Under the pieces are notes generated by a model that had not been told where the DNA came from, ran no database searches, and saw nothing but the letters and a program-made list of their open reading frames with translations. From NCBI GenBank assembly GCA_023261645.1, contig JAHFOO010000004.1, positions 4,486-68,485 on the forward strand: a DNA stretch of 64,000 bases. Direction: 5' to 3'. This document shows, one piece after another, positions 29,008-38,787 of the stretch (position 1 is its first letter; each line of letters begins with the position of its first letter). This DNA is from Candidatus Moraniibacteriota bacterium. Lineage in GTDB: Bacteria; Patescibacteriota; Minisyncoccia; Moranbacterales; UBA1568. The position numbers and the translations under genes are program-made.

Positions 29008-30510
29008 TCATTTCACCTCGAACTCGTCGTGACGAAGTTCGCGCTGGATGTGGGATTTCGCAGAAGAAGTTTTTACGAAACTGAGCCAATCACGGCTGGG
29101 TTTCTTTTTTTCTCTGACGGTGAGTACTTCGATGACTTGCCCGTTTTGGATGTGATAATCAAGTGGCACCATTTTCCCATCGGCTTTGGCACCGACGGCA
29201 CGGTTACCGATTTCACTGTGGATGGCATAGGCGAAATCTATCGGCGTGGCTTCTTCCGGCAGTTCGATGATGTCGCCTTTCGGAGTGAAGGCGAAAATAT
29301 GATTCTTGAAGAATTCTATTTTGAGTCCTTCCGCGAATGCTTTGTCATCCCGGCCGATTTCTTTCTGCCACTCTTTCAATTGTCTCACCCACACGAGTTC
29401 TTTGGGCAGGGTAGTGGGACTCGTTTTTTTATGGAAGAAAAGATTCTGCCAGCTGGGACGCGCTTTCTCCGTATACATCCAATGAGCGGCGATACCATAT
29501 TCGGATTCATCGTGCATCTTCTGAGTACGAATCTGGATTTCGAGGATACGGCCATCGGGACCGAAGATAGTCGTATGGAGGGATTGATAGCCGTTCGGTT
29601 TCGGGAGGGAGATGTAGTCTTTGATGCGTCCGACCATCGGCCGATATTCACGATGGATGATACCGAGTGTCTCATAACAATCAGCTACGGTAGGAACGAC
29701 GATGCGGATAGCAATGAAGTCATAAATCTGAGTGACATCCATATCGTGGCGTTTGAGTTTCTGGTAGAGACGATAGAGGTGTTTGGTGCGACCGCTGGCA
29801 TCGATTATCTGGATACTCTCTTTCTCGAGAATGTTGCGGAAAAGCTGTATGACACGATTCATATAGGCTTCTCCTTCATGCAGATAGGTCTTCTCGATTT
29901 TTTTGGTCTCCGCGTAATGTTCGGGTTCGAGATATTTGAAACAGAGGTCTTCCAATTCTCCTTGAATTTCGCCGATACCCAAGCGATTGGCGATAGGAGC
30001 ATAGACTTCCATCGTTTCTTTGGCGATACGGTTCTGCTTTTCAGGTGGAAGATAACTCAGCGTTCTCATATTATGCAACCGGTCAGCGAGTTTGATGATC
30101 ACGACACGGATGTCTTGTGCCATAGCGAGGAACATTTTTCGCAGATTTTCGAGATAATATTCTTCTCTGGTGCCACGCAGTTTTATTTTTCCGAGTTTGG
30201 TGACACCATCGATGAGATAGGCGATTTCTGCTCCGAATTTCTTCTCTATTTCCGAGAGAGTCACTTCGGTATCTTCGGGAACATCGTGGAGGATAGAGGC
30301 TATGATCGTTTTTGTATCCATACCGATGAGAGCGAGGGTTTTCGCCACATGGAGACAGTGTACGATATAATCCGCACCGGATTTCCGTTTTTGTCCGTGA
30401 TGCGCCTTTTCTGCGAAATGGTATGCCTCTAAAATGAGCTTCTGATCCTCATTTGAAAGAGGGTGGACAGCCGTTTTCAAAACATCATTGATGATGATCG
30501 GGGAGGGCAT
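29008..30510 (-). CDS. rel: bifunctional (p)ppGpp synthetase/hydrolase, short Rel/SpoT homolog (HD + synthetase + TGS, no ACT)
   Basis: HD motif HDVPEDT, RelA_SpoT synthetase region, TGS domain; ATG at 30510 preferred over TTG at 30549. Confidence 0.8.
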   Translation of the reverse strand: MPSPIIINDVLKTAVHPLSNEDQKLILEAYHFAEKAHHGQKRKSGADYIVHCLHVAKTLALIGMDTKTIIASILHDVPEDTEVTLSEIEKKFGAEIAYLIDGVTKLGKIKLRGTREEYYLENLRKMFLAMAQDIRVVIIKLADRLHNMRTLSYLPPEKQNRIAKETMEVYAPIANRLGIGEIQGELEDLCFKYLEPEHYAETKKIEKTYLHEGEAYMNRVIQLFRNILEKESIQIIDASGRTKHLYRLYQKLKRHDMDVTQIYDFIAIRIVVPTVADCYETLGIIHREYRPMVGRIKDYISLPKPNGYQSLHTTIFGPDGRILEIQIRTQKMHDESEYGIAAHWMYTEKARPSWQNLFFHKKTSPTTLPKELVWVRQLKEWQKEIGRDDKAFAEGLKIEFFKNHIFAFTPKGDIIELPEEATPIDFAYAIHSEIGNRAVGAKADGKMVPLDYHIQNGQVIEVLTVREKKKPSRDWLSFVKTSSAKSHIQRELRHDEFEVK

Positions 30511-30688
30511 ATTTTTTGGAAGAGTAAAAGTAAAATTGTATATACACAATTATAGCATAGATGAAACTCAATCGGTGTTGGAAGTAAAATTGGTAGGGAA
30601 AAGACACTGGAAGCAGTTTGTTATGCCTCTGGAACGGTACTCTTCCCTCGTATTGACAAGTGCAACTAAGTTGCGTTATTATAGAGGT

Positions 30689-31123
30689 ATGAAAGGATAT
30701 ACAGAAGAGGTAATCGCCATTTTGAAAGTAAATGGTTTGCGTCTTACGAAGACACGTAAGGCGTTGGTGGAGGTTTTTTTGTTGGACAAGACTCCCCTTT
30801 CTGTACAAGATATCTTGTATGAATTGCAAAAAGTTCGGATAATGGTGAATAAAACGACTGTGTATCGGGAGCTGGAAAAATTGCAAACAAGAGGTATTAT
30901 CGATGTTGTTCGGCTTAAAGATCGAAAACAATATTATGAATTGGCTTCTCGTGAGCACCATCATCACCTCATCTGTCTCTCGTGTGAACGAGTGGAAGAT
31001 GTCGATATGGATGAAGCGAAATTATTAGCAGAAGAGGAGACGGTCAACCGTGAGAGAGGGTTCATTGTTTTGCGTCACTCCCTCGAGTTTTTCGGACTAT
31101 GTAAGGGATGTCAACTCATATAA
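30689..31123 (+). CDS. zur: Fur-family transcriptional regulator, probably zinc-responsive Zur
   Basis: winged-helix N-domain, HHHH and CxxC...CxxC metal sites; immediately upstream of znuACB. Confidence 0.75.
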   Translation: MKGYTEEVIAILKVNGLRLTKTRKALVEVFLLDKTPLSVQDILYELQKVRIMVNKTTVYRELEKLQTRGIIDVVRLKDRKQYYELASREHHHHLICLSCERVEDVDMDEAKLLAEEETVNRERGFIVLRHSLEFFGLCKGCQLI

Positions 31124-31136
31124 GGGATCATAGTAT

Positions 31137-32087
31137 ATGATGCAGGGTATGAAGAAACAATTGAATATCGTCATCATCGGAGTAATTATTCTCGTGATAG
31201 GATCAATCTTGGTGTATGTGCGAAGTACATCTTTCGTACAGAAGCAAGAAAGGAACAGCGCCGACAGGATTTCCGTGGTAACGAGTTTTTATCCACTGTA
31301 TTTCTTCGCAAAGGAAATTGCTTCTGAGAGTGCTGATGTGTACAATATCACTCCGTCCGGAGCTGAACCTCATGAATACGAACCGACATCGCAAGATATT
31401 GCCAGTATCGAGCGGAGCAATCTCCTTATTTTGAATGGCGGAGGGTTGGAAACTTGGGGGGAAAGTATAACAAGAAATATCGATCCGAATCATACGAGTA
31501 TCGTAGTTGCAGGAGAAGGATTGATCACAGGAACGTTCGCGGAAGAAGGGAAGGTGGTTGCAGATCCTCATATATGGCTCAGTCCAGTGCTGGCTCTGCA
31601 GATGGTAGACAGGATCACACAGGGTTTCGTGCGAGCAGATCCGTCGAATGAAGCGTTGTATCTGTCCAACGCAGAAGCGCTCAAATCGAGACTGGTCAAT
31701 CTGGACAGTCTGTATACACAAGGCCTCGCAACTTGCAAAGAAAAGAATATCATCACCTCACATTCGGCTTTTGGGTATCTGGCGCAGGCGTATGGATTGA
31801 AACAGGTGTCTCTCGCTGGCTTGTCGCCTGATGCCGAACCGTCAGCCAAAGAGCTTGGAGACATCGCAACTTTTGCAAAAGAGAATAATGTGAAGTATAT
31901 TTTCTTTGAGAGCCTCACGAGTCCAAAGCTGGCAGAGACTATAGCAAAAGAAGTAGGAGCACAGACGCTGGCACTCAATCCCATTGAAGGATTGACGAAT
32001 GAAGACATCTCTTCCGGGAAAGACTATTTCACTGAAATGGAAAAAAATCTCATAAACCTCAAAACAGCACTGCAATGCAACGAGTAG
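31137..32087 (+). CDS. znuA: metal (zinc) ABC transporter substrate-binding protein, TroA/ZnuA family
   Basis: signal anchor, cluster-9 SBP fold motifs. Confidence 0.75.
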   Translation: MMQGMKKQLNIVIIGVIILVIGSILVYVRSTSFVQKQERNSADRISVVTSFYPLYFFAKEIASESADVYNITPSGAEPHEYEPTSQDIASIERSNLLILNGGGLETWGESITRNIDPNHTSIVVAGEGLITGTFAEEGKVVADPHIWLSPVLALQMVDRITQGFVRADPSNEALYLSNAEALKSRLVNLDSLYTQGLATCKEKNIITSHSAFGYLAQAYGLKQVSLAGLSPDAEPSAKELGDIATFAKENNVKYIFFESLTSPKLAETIAKEVGAQTLALNPIEGLTNEDISSGKDYFTEMEKNLINLKTALQCNE

Positions 32088-32812
32088 ATCATAGTAAAAA
32101 TATCATCGAAGTCCAAGGTATTTCTTTTTCATATGATGGAAAAGTGAATGTTTTGAAGAGTATCACTTTCGCTATTCACTCCGGAGATTATGTTGGTCTC
32201 ATCGGTCCGAATGGTGCCGGAAAAACCACTTTGCTCAAGATTATGCTTGGTTTGCTCACGCCGACTAAAGGAGAAGTCAGATTATTCGGACAGAAAATAA
32301 ATGAGTTCAAAGATTGGTACAAGGTCGGGTATGTACCGCAGAAAGCGACACATTTCGATACGGGCTTTCCTGCGACTGTCGAGGAAGTAGTGTTGATGGG
32401 AAGGTATGCCAAAAGGGGCCTTTTCTCTCGAACCACCGAAGAAGACAGGAAATTAACAAGAGAAGCGCTGAAGCAGGTTGATATGTGGGAGTACAGAAGA
32501 CGGCTCATCGGAGATTTGTCCGGAGGACAACAGCAACGCGTCTTCATCGCTCGTGCCATTGTCAGTCAGCCAGAAGTCATATTTCTTGATGAGCCGACGA
32601 CCGGTATCGATAGACAGGCCCAAGATGATTTTTATGTATTGCTTCGGAAGCTGAGTGGTGAGCTTGGCTTGACACTGGTGCTCATATCGCATGATATCAA
32701 AAGGGTGACGGATGAAGTGATGCATATCGCCTGGATCGATCGGACGCTCGAGAGTTATTCCTCACCGGAAGAGTATTTGAGGATGCGGAAGGAAGAACAG
32801 ACCGTACTATGA
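32075..32812 (+). CDS. znuC: metal (zinc) ABC transporter ATP-binding protein
   Basis: Walker A GPNGAGKTT, signature LSGGQQQR, Walker B. Confidence 0.85.
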   Translation: MQRVDHSKNIIEVQGISFSYDGKVNVLKSITFAIHSGDYVGLIGPNGAGKTTLLKIMLGLLTPTKGEVRLFGQKINEFKDWYKVGYVPQKATHFDTGFPATVEEVVLMGRYAKRGLFSRTTEEDRKLTREALKQVDMWEYRRRLIGDLSGGQQQRVFIARAIVSQPEVIFLDEPTTGIDRQAQDDFYVLLRKLSGELGLTLVLISHDIKRVTDEVMHIAWIDRTLESYSSPEEYLRMRKEEQTVL

Positions 32813-32825
32813 TTATTTCTTTTCT

Positions 32826-33635
32826 ATGATTCCAGATATTTTCCAATATAGTTTCATCATACGAGGAATGGAAGCCGGTATGATTGTCGCGTTTATCGCA
32901 CCGCTCATCGGTATTTTTCTCGTGCTTCGGAGATATTCGCTTATCGCGGATACCCTTTCGCACGTGTCGCTCGCCGGTATCGCCATCGGTCTTTTCCTCG
33001 GTGTCAATCCTGTCCTTACGGCGCTCGCAACGACGGTAGTAGCCTCGCTCGGTATCGAACGGCTCCGAGATTCGAAAAAGATTTATGGCGAGTCGGCATT
33101 GGCACTTTTTCTTTCGGGGAGTTTGGCGCTCGCCATCGTGCTTCTCGGTCTGGCACACGGTTTCAATACCAATCTTTTCAATTATCTTTTTGGAAGTATC
33201 GTCACTGTTACGGTACAGGATGTGTATATCATCGCTCTCTTGGCAATCATCGTAGTGACGCTTCTTCTGGCATTTTACAAAGAACTCGTCTATGTGACAT
33301 TTGACGAGGAAGCGGCCCAAGTGAGCGGTATCCGAACACGCCTCGTCAACATCATTCTGATCGTTCTTGCAGCACTGACCGTTTCTTTGGCCATTCCTAT
33401 CGTCGGGGTACTGCTTATTTCGGCGCTTATCGTCATCCCCGTGGTGACGGCGCTTCAGCTCAGAAAGAGTTTCGTACAAACCATTGTCTCTGCCGAAATA
33501 ATTTCATTCTTTTCTGTTCTTTCCGGTATTATCGTTTCTTTTTATCTCAACCTCTCGACTGGCGGTACGATCGTTCTTATCATGCTTGCGATTTTCATCC
33601 TGGTACTGACTATGAAATCCAGATGGTTCGCATAA
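32826..33635 (+). CDS. znuB: metal (zinc) ABC transporter permease (ABC-3 family)
   Basis: 8 TM helices, ABC-3 permease pattern. Confidence 0.8.
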   Translation: MIPDIFQYSFIIRGMEAGMIVAFIAPLIGIFLVLRRYSLIADTLSHVSLAGIAIGLFLGVNPVLTALATTVVASLGIERLRDSKKIYGESALALFLSGSLALAIVLLGLAHGFNTNLFNYLFGSIVTVTVQDVYIIALLAIIVVTLLLAFYKELVYVTFDEEAAQVSGIRTRLVNIILIVLAALTVSLAIPIVGVLLISALIVIPVVTALQLRKSFVQTIVSAEIISFFSVLSGIIVSFYLNLSTGGTIVLIMLAIFILVLTMKSRWFA

Positions 33636-33680
33636 AAAATGTGGTATACTGGAGACAATGATTATTTATACAAATAGACT

Positions 33681-34163
33681 ATGGATCTCAAAGGATCATC
33701 ACTTGTTTTTTCTCTCATCGTTTTGTCATTTCTTTTGATTGGCGCCCTTTCTGTGGCGGTCGTTTCGGTCACGACACAAAGGTCTGCTCTCTCATCGAGG
33801 AGCTCCAATATTTCTTTCCAGGTGGCTGACAGTGCCGCAGAAGTCGTGTTGCAACAGATTTACAAGACCAATGATGGCGGTATAACGGTTCTCGCTCCGA
33901 ATGGTTCGATTACTGATCTCAGTGATCTGGCGAGTAATCTGAGTAGTGCCTCCTGTGGTTCGAGTCAGATCGACGGAAATGTCAATGAAGGTTCCTACAG
34001 CGCGATTTTTTATGAAAATACGGGTACCGAAGCAAGTCCGATATTTAATTCGATCTCCTGTGGCGACAATGAGTGGCGCAATAAAGTCGTAAAAATACGA
34101 TTTCTCGGTATGTATCGAGGTATAACGCGTGCTATCGAAGTAGGGACAAAGCCCAAGCCGTAA
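33681..34163 (+). CDS. PilX-N-like minor pilin / pilus assembly protein
   Basis: N-terminal KGSSLVFSLIVLSFLLIGALSVAVVS resembling PilX_N domain. Confidence 0.45.
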   Translation: MDLKGSSLVFSLIVLSFLLIGALSVAVVSVTTQRSALSSRSSNISFQVADSAAEVVLQQIYKTNDGGITVLAPNGSITDLSDLASNLSSASCGSSQIDGNVNEGSYSAIFYENTGTEASPIFNSISCGDNEWRNKVVKIRFLGMYRGITRAIEVGTKPKP

Positions 34164-34269
34164 TCTTTTCAAACATTCTCTCTTTTCTTGTTTTTCTCGT
34201 ATTTTTTCGCTGTATCTGGCGGTTATCCGGACTAACCTGTGGATGGATTAAGACTTGCTCGTGCCATCC

Positions 34270-36447
34270 TTATTTAAGTTTATGAGGATTGTGATTGGGA
34301 CAGACTTTGTTTGAACATCTTTCGGGGATAGTTTTTGTCCCTTCCATCATCAGTGATTTGCATAGCGGACAGAGATTGCCAGTCGGTTTGGCTTTGATGG
34401 CATTTTTACAGTCGGGATAGTTGGAACAGCTGTAGAAAATACCGAAGCGGCCGCGACGTTCGGTCATTTTCCCCTGCCTACCGGCAGGCAGGCCTTGCGC
34501 ACACGTAGGGCAGGTGATGTCGGTTGTCGGGAGTGCGTTCTCATCTTTTTTGATGAATTTACATTTCGGATAATTGGAACAGGCGATGAATTTCCCGAAT
34601 TTCCCGGTACGTTCCATCAGTTTCCCATCCTTGCATTTCGGACAAGCCTCGCCGGTTTCCTTCGGCGGTTCGACTACTTTGCCTTCTTCGGTCAGAGCGC
34701 CGTCACACTCCGGGAAACGTGAACAGCTGAAGAATTTGCCGTTGCGAGCCAGTTTGATAACCATTTTCGCTCCGCATTTCGGACAGACGGTACTCTCCGG
34801 AGCATCGCCCATATTGGTGACTTTTTCTATCTTGTCTTTGCTCTTCACTTCTTTGGCGAATGGCAGGTAGAAATCTTTGAGCGTTTTCTCGTATTCACGA
34901 GTGCCTGCAGCGATATCATCGAGCTTGTTCTCCATATCGGCAGTAAATGTTTCTGATACCATATTTTCGAAGTGTTTGAAGAGGAAATCATCGACGACCA
35001 TACCGGTATCCGTCACACTGAGTGCTTTGCCGACCTTTTCGACATAGCCACGGTCTTGGATGGTTTTTACGATGGATGCATAGGTGCTCGGTCTGCCGAT
35101 TCCACGCTTCTCGAGTTCTTTGACGAGGCCGGCTTCAGAATATCGTTGTGGTGGTTCGGTTTGTTTCTCTTCGGATGTGATTTTTTCCAGATCGAGCGGA
35201 TCAGAGGTGGCGACTATGGGCACTTCGACGTCGTCTCCGCGCGAAGCTTTGTCGAGAGCGAGCCATCCGTCTTTGATCAAATGTGAACCACTGACTGAAA
35301 AATTGGGGAGCGCTCGATCGGTCGTATTGGCGATAATTTTCGTACGAAGTATTTCTGCATCACTCATCTGTGAAGCGAGTGTTCTCGTACGGATAAGCGT
35401 ATAGAGCTTCTTTTCGTCTTCGGTTGCGCCGGCGGTTTTCTTGGATGCATCCGTAGGCCGGATGGCTTCGTGGGCTTCCTGGGCATTTTTACTCTTGGTC
35501 TTGTAGTGACGGACAGAGAGATATTTTTCACCGAATTCTTTTTTCACGACAGCGATGATTTCCGGCAGGGCAGTTTCGGAAAGAGAGATACTGTCTGTGC
35601 GCATATAAGTGATGAACCCATTTTCGTACAATTTCTGAGCTGCACGCATCGTACGGGAGGGGGACATCCCGAGCCGTGAACTGCCTGCCTGTTGAAGTGT
35701 CGATGTCGTGAACGGCGCATACGGACGACGGAGAGCCTCCGTTGTCTTCACTTCAACTATTTCCCATTGTTTTTTCTTAGCAAGATCAAGAATATTTTCT
35801 GTGGTTTTTTTGTCTTTCGGTTGTTCGGTACAAGTGAAAACTATCTTTTCTTTCTTTTCCGTTATGCATTCTGCCGTAATGACGAAATATGCTTCAGGAA
35901 TGAAGCTTTTGATTTCTTTTTCTCGGAGGGCGAGGATGTGGAGCGCTGGAGATTGTACCCGTCCGGCAGAGAGACCATAACGAACTTTTTTCCAGATGAG
36001 TCCGGAGAGATCGTATCCGACCAATCGGTCGAGGACACGTCTTGCTTCTTGGGCTTTGCGGAGATTGATATCGAGATCACCTGGATGAGCGACGGCTTCT
36101 TTGACGGCTTTCTCGGTGATTTCGTAGAAAAGGACACGCTTGGGTTTCTTGATACCACAGGTCTCAGCCACATGCCAAGCGATAGCCTCACCTTCGCGGT
36201 CAGGGTCGCTTGCAAGGAGGACAGTGTCGCTTTTTTTGACGAGTGATTTGATATCTCTGACGACGGATTCTTTACCGGGAGAAATGATATAGCGTGGAAT
36301 GAAACCACCCTCGATGTCGATAGCATCTTTGTTCGATTTTGGGAGGTCGCGGACGTGGCCGACAGAGGCGACGACTTTGTACTCGCCACCGAGATACTTC
36401 TCGATGGTTTTGGCTTTGGATGGAGATTCTACTATCAGTAACTTCAT
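34270..36447 (-). CDS. topA: DNA topoisomerase I with C-terminal zinc-ribbon repeats
   Basis: TOPRIM (MKLLIVESPSKAKTI), active-site Tyr region, four C4 zinc ribbons. Confidence 0.92.
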   Translation of the reverse strand: MKLLIVESPSKAKTIEKYLGGEYKVVASVGHVRDLPKSNKDAIDIEGGFIPRYIISPGKESVVRDIKSLVKKSDTVLLASDPDREGEAIAWHVAETCGIKKPKRVLFYEITEKAVKEAVAHPGDLDINLRKAQEARRVLDRLVGYDLSGLIWKKVRYGLSAGRVQSPALHILALREKEIKSFIPEAYFVITAECITEKKEKIVFTCTEQPKDKKTTENILDLAKKKQWEIVEVKTTEALRRPYAPFTTSTLQQAGSSRLGMSPSRTMRAAQKLYENGFITYMRTDSISLSETALPEIIAVVKKEFGEKYLSVRHYKTKSKNAQEAHEAIRPTDASKKTAGATEDEKKLYTLIRTRTLASQMSDAEILRTKIIANTTDRALPNFSVSGSHLIKDGWLALDKASRGDDVEVPIVATSDPLDLEKITSEEKQTEPPQRYSEAGLVKELEKRGIGRPSTYASIVKTIQDRGYVEKVGKALSVTDTGMVVDDFLFKHFENMVSETFTADMENKLDDIAAGTREYEKTLKDFYLPFAKEVKSKDKIEKVTNMGDAPESTVCPKCGAKMVIKLARNGKFFSCSRFPECDGALTEEGKVVEPPKETGEACPKCKDGKLMERTGKFGKFIACSNYPKCKFIKKDENALPTTDITCPTCAQGLPAGRQGKMTERRGRFGIFYSCSNYPDCKNAIKAKPTGNLCPLCKSLMMEGTKTIPERCSNKVCPNHNPHKLK
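34473..34492. repeat. 20-nt perfect-family palindrome CCTGCCTACCGGCAGGCAGG embedded in-frame in the topA zinc-ribbon coding region
   Basis: minus-strand translation ...CPTCAQGLPAGRQGKMTERRG; the repeat encodes LPAGRQG. Confidence 0.8.
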
Positions 36448-36503
36448 ATGGTTCAGTTTTGAGGTAAAATATGCCTGGCTTTTTTAATAAAGTTTAGTGT
36501 GAT

Positions 36504-36609
36504 TAATTTCTAATTTCCAATTTCTAATGTCTGACAGAAGCTCAAATTTCAAAATTTTGAAAGTAAAAAATGAGGAATTTATTAGGAATTAGATATTAGG
36601 TATTAGGCA
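36504..36609. repeat. AT-rich palindromic CCTAATN heptamer-array element (copy B) between topA start and dprA end
   Basis: tttctaatttccaatttctaatgtc ... caaaattttgaaa ... gaatttattaggaattagatattaggtattagg. Confidence 0.7.
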
Positions 36610-37746
36610 TTACGTTCTTATGTAATACATTCCGCCGACGTTCCGTATTGACCCCTTTATCTCAAGGAGAGCGAGAGAAGAACTGACGGACGATGTTTCC
36701 AGTTTAGTCGCTTTGATAATCTTGTCAACGTGAACGGGTTCGTGCGAAAGAAATGAGAGTATCTTTTCTTCTTCCCGCGTGAGTGTACGCTTTTTTGGGA
36801 AAAGAGTGTTTTGAGAGGAAGAAGTATTCTTTTCTGGGAGAGGAAATTCCTCGAGGATATCCTGTACGGATGTGACTATTTTCGCTCCGGCTTTGATGAG
36901 GTTATTGGTGCCGGATGAGAGGGGAGAGAAGATGGATCCCGGTACGGCGAAGACTTCTCGGTTATCATCGAGGGCCAATCGTGCCGTGATGAGCGCACCA
37001 CTTCTTTCTGGTGCTTCGACGACCAATGTCCCGAGACACATACCTGCGACGATGCGGTTCCTGGCAGGAAACGTCCCTTCTTGTACAGCTGTACCAGGGC
37101 GATACTCTGACAGGAGCGCACCGGAATGCATCACATTTCGAGCGAGAGGAAGATGTGTCTGAGGGGCGATAGACACATCATCCACGCCACCAGCAAGCAC
37201 GGCCAATGTCTCAGAGTGAGCATCGAGAGCCGCTTTGTGGGCGATGGAATCGATACCGAAAGCAAGACCGGAAACGATGACATATCCGGCAGAAGCAAGG
37301 TCGGTTGCGAGATGATAAGCAGCTTGTTCACCGTAACTGGTGAATTTGCGTGATCCGACGATAGCGATGAGTGGCTTTTCTTCCCACGCATAATTCCCTC
37401 GTGTGAAAAGAATCATCGGTGCATCAGAAATTTCTTTCAAAAGACGTGGATATGAAATATCAGTGAAGGCGAGGATGTCTATACCTTGACTGATGACTTT
37501 TTCCCATTCTTGGTCAGGGTGAATGGTCTGTCTTCCTTGGATGAGTGTGGTAATCATTTTTGGACGGAGACTGTTCGTACCAAGGAGGCTTTTTTCATCG
37601 GCTTCCCATATCGCTTCGGCACTTCCGAAATGTTCGAGCAGTATGCGGAGGGTTTTGTTCCCGATACCAGGGATGAGACTGAGTGCATAAAGGAGAGCTG
37701 ACGGATGCATAGAGCGTATTTTTTGTTGATTTTTTGGTGGCGACAC
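36610..37746 (-). CDS. dprA: DNA-processing protein DprA (Smf)
   Basis: Rossmann-like DprA core (VIVSGLAFGIDSIAHKAAL), C-terminal winged helix; conserved dprA-topA arrangement; alternative start 37710. Confidence 0.85.
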   Translation of the reverse strand: MSPPKNQQKIRSMHPSALLYALSLIPGIGNKTLRILLEHFGSAEAIWEADEKSLLGTNSLRPKMITTLIQGRQTIHPDQEWEKVISQGIDILAFTDISYPRLLKEISDAPMILFTRGNYAWEEKPLIAIVGSRKFTSYGEQAAYHLATDLASAGYVIVSGLAFGIDSIAHKAALDAHSETLAVLAGGVDDVSIAPQTHLPLARNVMHSGALLSEYRPGTAVQEGTFPARNRIVAGMCLGTLVVEAPERSGALITARLALDDNREVFAVPGSIFSPLSSGTNNLIKAGAKIVTSVQDILEEFPLPEKNTSSSQNTLFPKKRTLTREEEKILSFLSHEPVHVDKIIKATKLETSSVSSSLALLEIKGSIRNVGGMYYIRT

Positions 37747-37859
37747 TCATTGTTTTTCATTGTAACGAGATTTTTCTCTGTCGGCAACTGTGTCTTCAGT
37801 CATATATTACGGGGGGAGTAATAAAAAATACACCCAGTATGGATGTATCTTGATCTTGG

Positions 37860-37933
37860 CGGGAGCGACCGGACTCGAACCGGCGACCTACTGCGTGACA
37901 GGCAGTCGCTCTAACCAGCTGAGCTACGCCCCC
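37860..37933 (-). tRNA. tRNA-Asp (GUC)
   Basis: minus-strand cloverleaf GGGGGCGTAGCTCAGCTGGTTAGAGCGACTGCCTGTCACGCAGTAGGTCGCCGGTTCGAGTCCGGTCGCTCCC. Confidence 0.9.
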
Positions 37934-37949
37934 GTTTATTTTTTCCTTG

Positions 37950-38023
37950 TACCAGGGGCGAGATTCGAACTCGCGACCCCAGCCTTATGAAGGCTATGCT
38001 CTAACCGACTGAGCTACCCTGGC
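37950..38023 (-). tRNA. tRNA with CAU anticodon (elongator Met or lysidine-modified Ile2)
   Basis: GCCAGGGTAGCTCAGTCGGTTAGAGCATAGCCTTCATAAGGCTGGGGTCGCGAGTTCGAATCTCGCCCCTGGTA. Confidence 0.85.
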
Positions 38024-38095
38024 TTCTTTTGTAAAAACAAAAAAGCACACTTGGGCCTTTTTTGATACTTCGCTACCGCTTGCTTTAGGGCGGTG

Positions 38096-38115
38096 CCTGC
38101 CTGTCGGCAGACAGG
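38096..38115. repeat. palindromic repeat copy (short form) between tRNA genes
   Basis: CCTGCCTGTCGGCAGACAGG. Confidence 0.75.
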
Positions 38116-38221
38116 GATTCGTCCGGGGAGCCTGGGATTTTTCTTTTCAGAAAAAAATCCCTTCTCATCCACTCGTAAGTGAAGCAGTTCACTTACTCCC
38201 TCCTCTCTTCGCTATCGCTTG

Positions 38222-38295
38222 TTGCGGGGGGTGGATTCGAACCACCGACCTTCTGGTTATGAGCCAGACGAGCTGCCAGACTGCTCTACCCCGCT
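38222..38295 (-). tRNA. initiator tRNA-fMet (CAU)
   Basis: AGCGGGGTAGAGCAGTCTGGCAGCTCGTCTGGCTCATAACCAGAAGGTCGGTGGTTCGAATCCACCCCCCGCAA; near-identical to E. coli tRNA-fMet with unpaired 1:72 (A:A). Confidence 0.85.
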
Positions 38296-38420
38296 CTATA
38301 AAACTCACCACATTTGCCACAGAGCAAGCTCTAAACCTGTTCAACCATCATACAGCATACTGTTCTGCAAGCCAAGTAATCCTTGTCTTGTTACGATATG
38401 TATTTTATGATTTTTGTGGG

Positions 38421-38494
38421 TGGGTGATCCAAGATTCGAACTTGGGACCTCTACATTATCAGTGTAGCGCTCTAACCAACTGAGCTAATCACCC
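38421..38494 (-). tRNA. tRNA-Ile (GAU)
   Basis: GGGTGATTAGCTCAGTTGGTTAGAGCGCTACACTGATAATGTAGAGGTCCCAAGTTCGAATCTTGGATCACCCA. Confidence 0.9.
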
Positions 38495-38575
38495 CTTGAA
38501 TAAACCTCTCTGTTTGCAAAAGGGTATTTCAAATGCTACCACAAATGTGAAAAAATTTCAAGAGGAGGAATACGG

Positions 38576-38648
38576 TGGACCGTACAGGACTCGAACCTGC
38601 CACCCCCGCATTGCAAATGCGGTGCTCTACCAGATGAGCTAACGGCCC
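38576..38648 (-). tRNA. tRNA-Ala (UGC) with G3:U70
   Basis: GGGCCGTTAGCTCATCTGGTAGAGCACCGCATTTGCAATGCGGGGGTGGCAGGTTCGAGTCCTGTACGGTCCA. Confidence 0.9.
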
Positions 38649-38787
38649 ATTGCAAATATGGCTATTGTAACGAATAAAAGTTCTTTTGTCCAGATGAGAC
38701 GAACTGATGGAAGAGTGAGAGGCAGAAACATATCATATTGCAGAGTATGAGGTGACAAGGTAGGATAGAGACATATCTGAAATATGT

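Noticed and set aside
29029-30432. 467-aa ORF on + strand antisense to the Rel/SpoT gene
   Set aside because: The opposite strand has strong, motif-level RelA/SpoT homology. The antisense ORF is a composition artefact, rich in F/I/D from the antisense of K/E/I codons.
35692-36389. ORFs 35692-36246(+) and 35862-36389(-) inside topA
   Set aside because: Alternative-frame or antisense of a confidently assigned gene.
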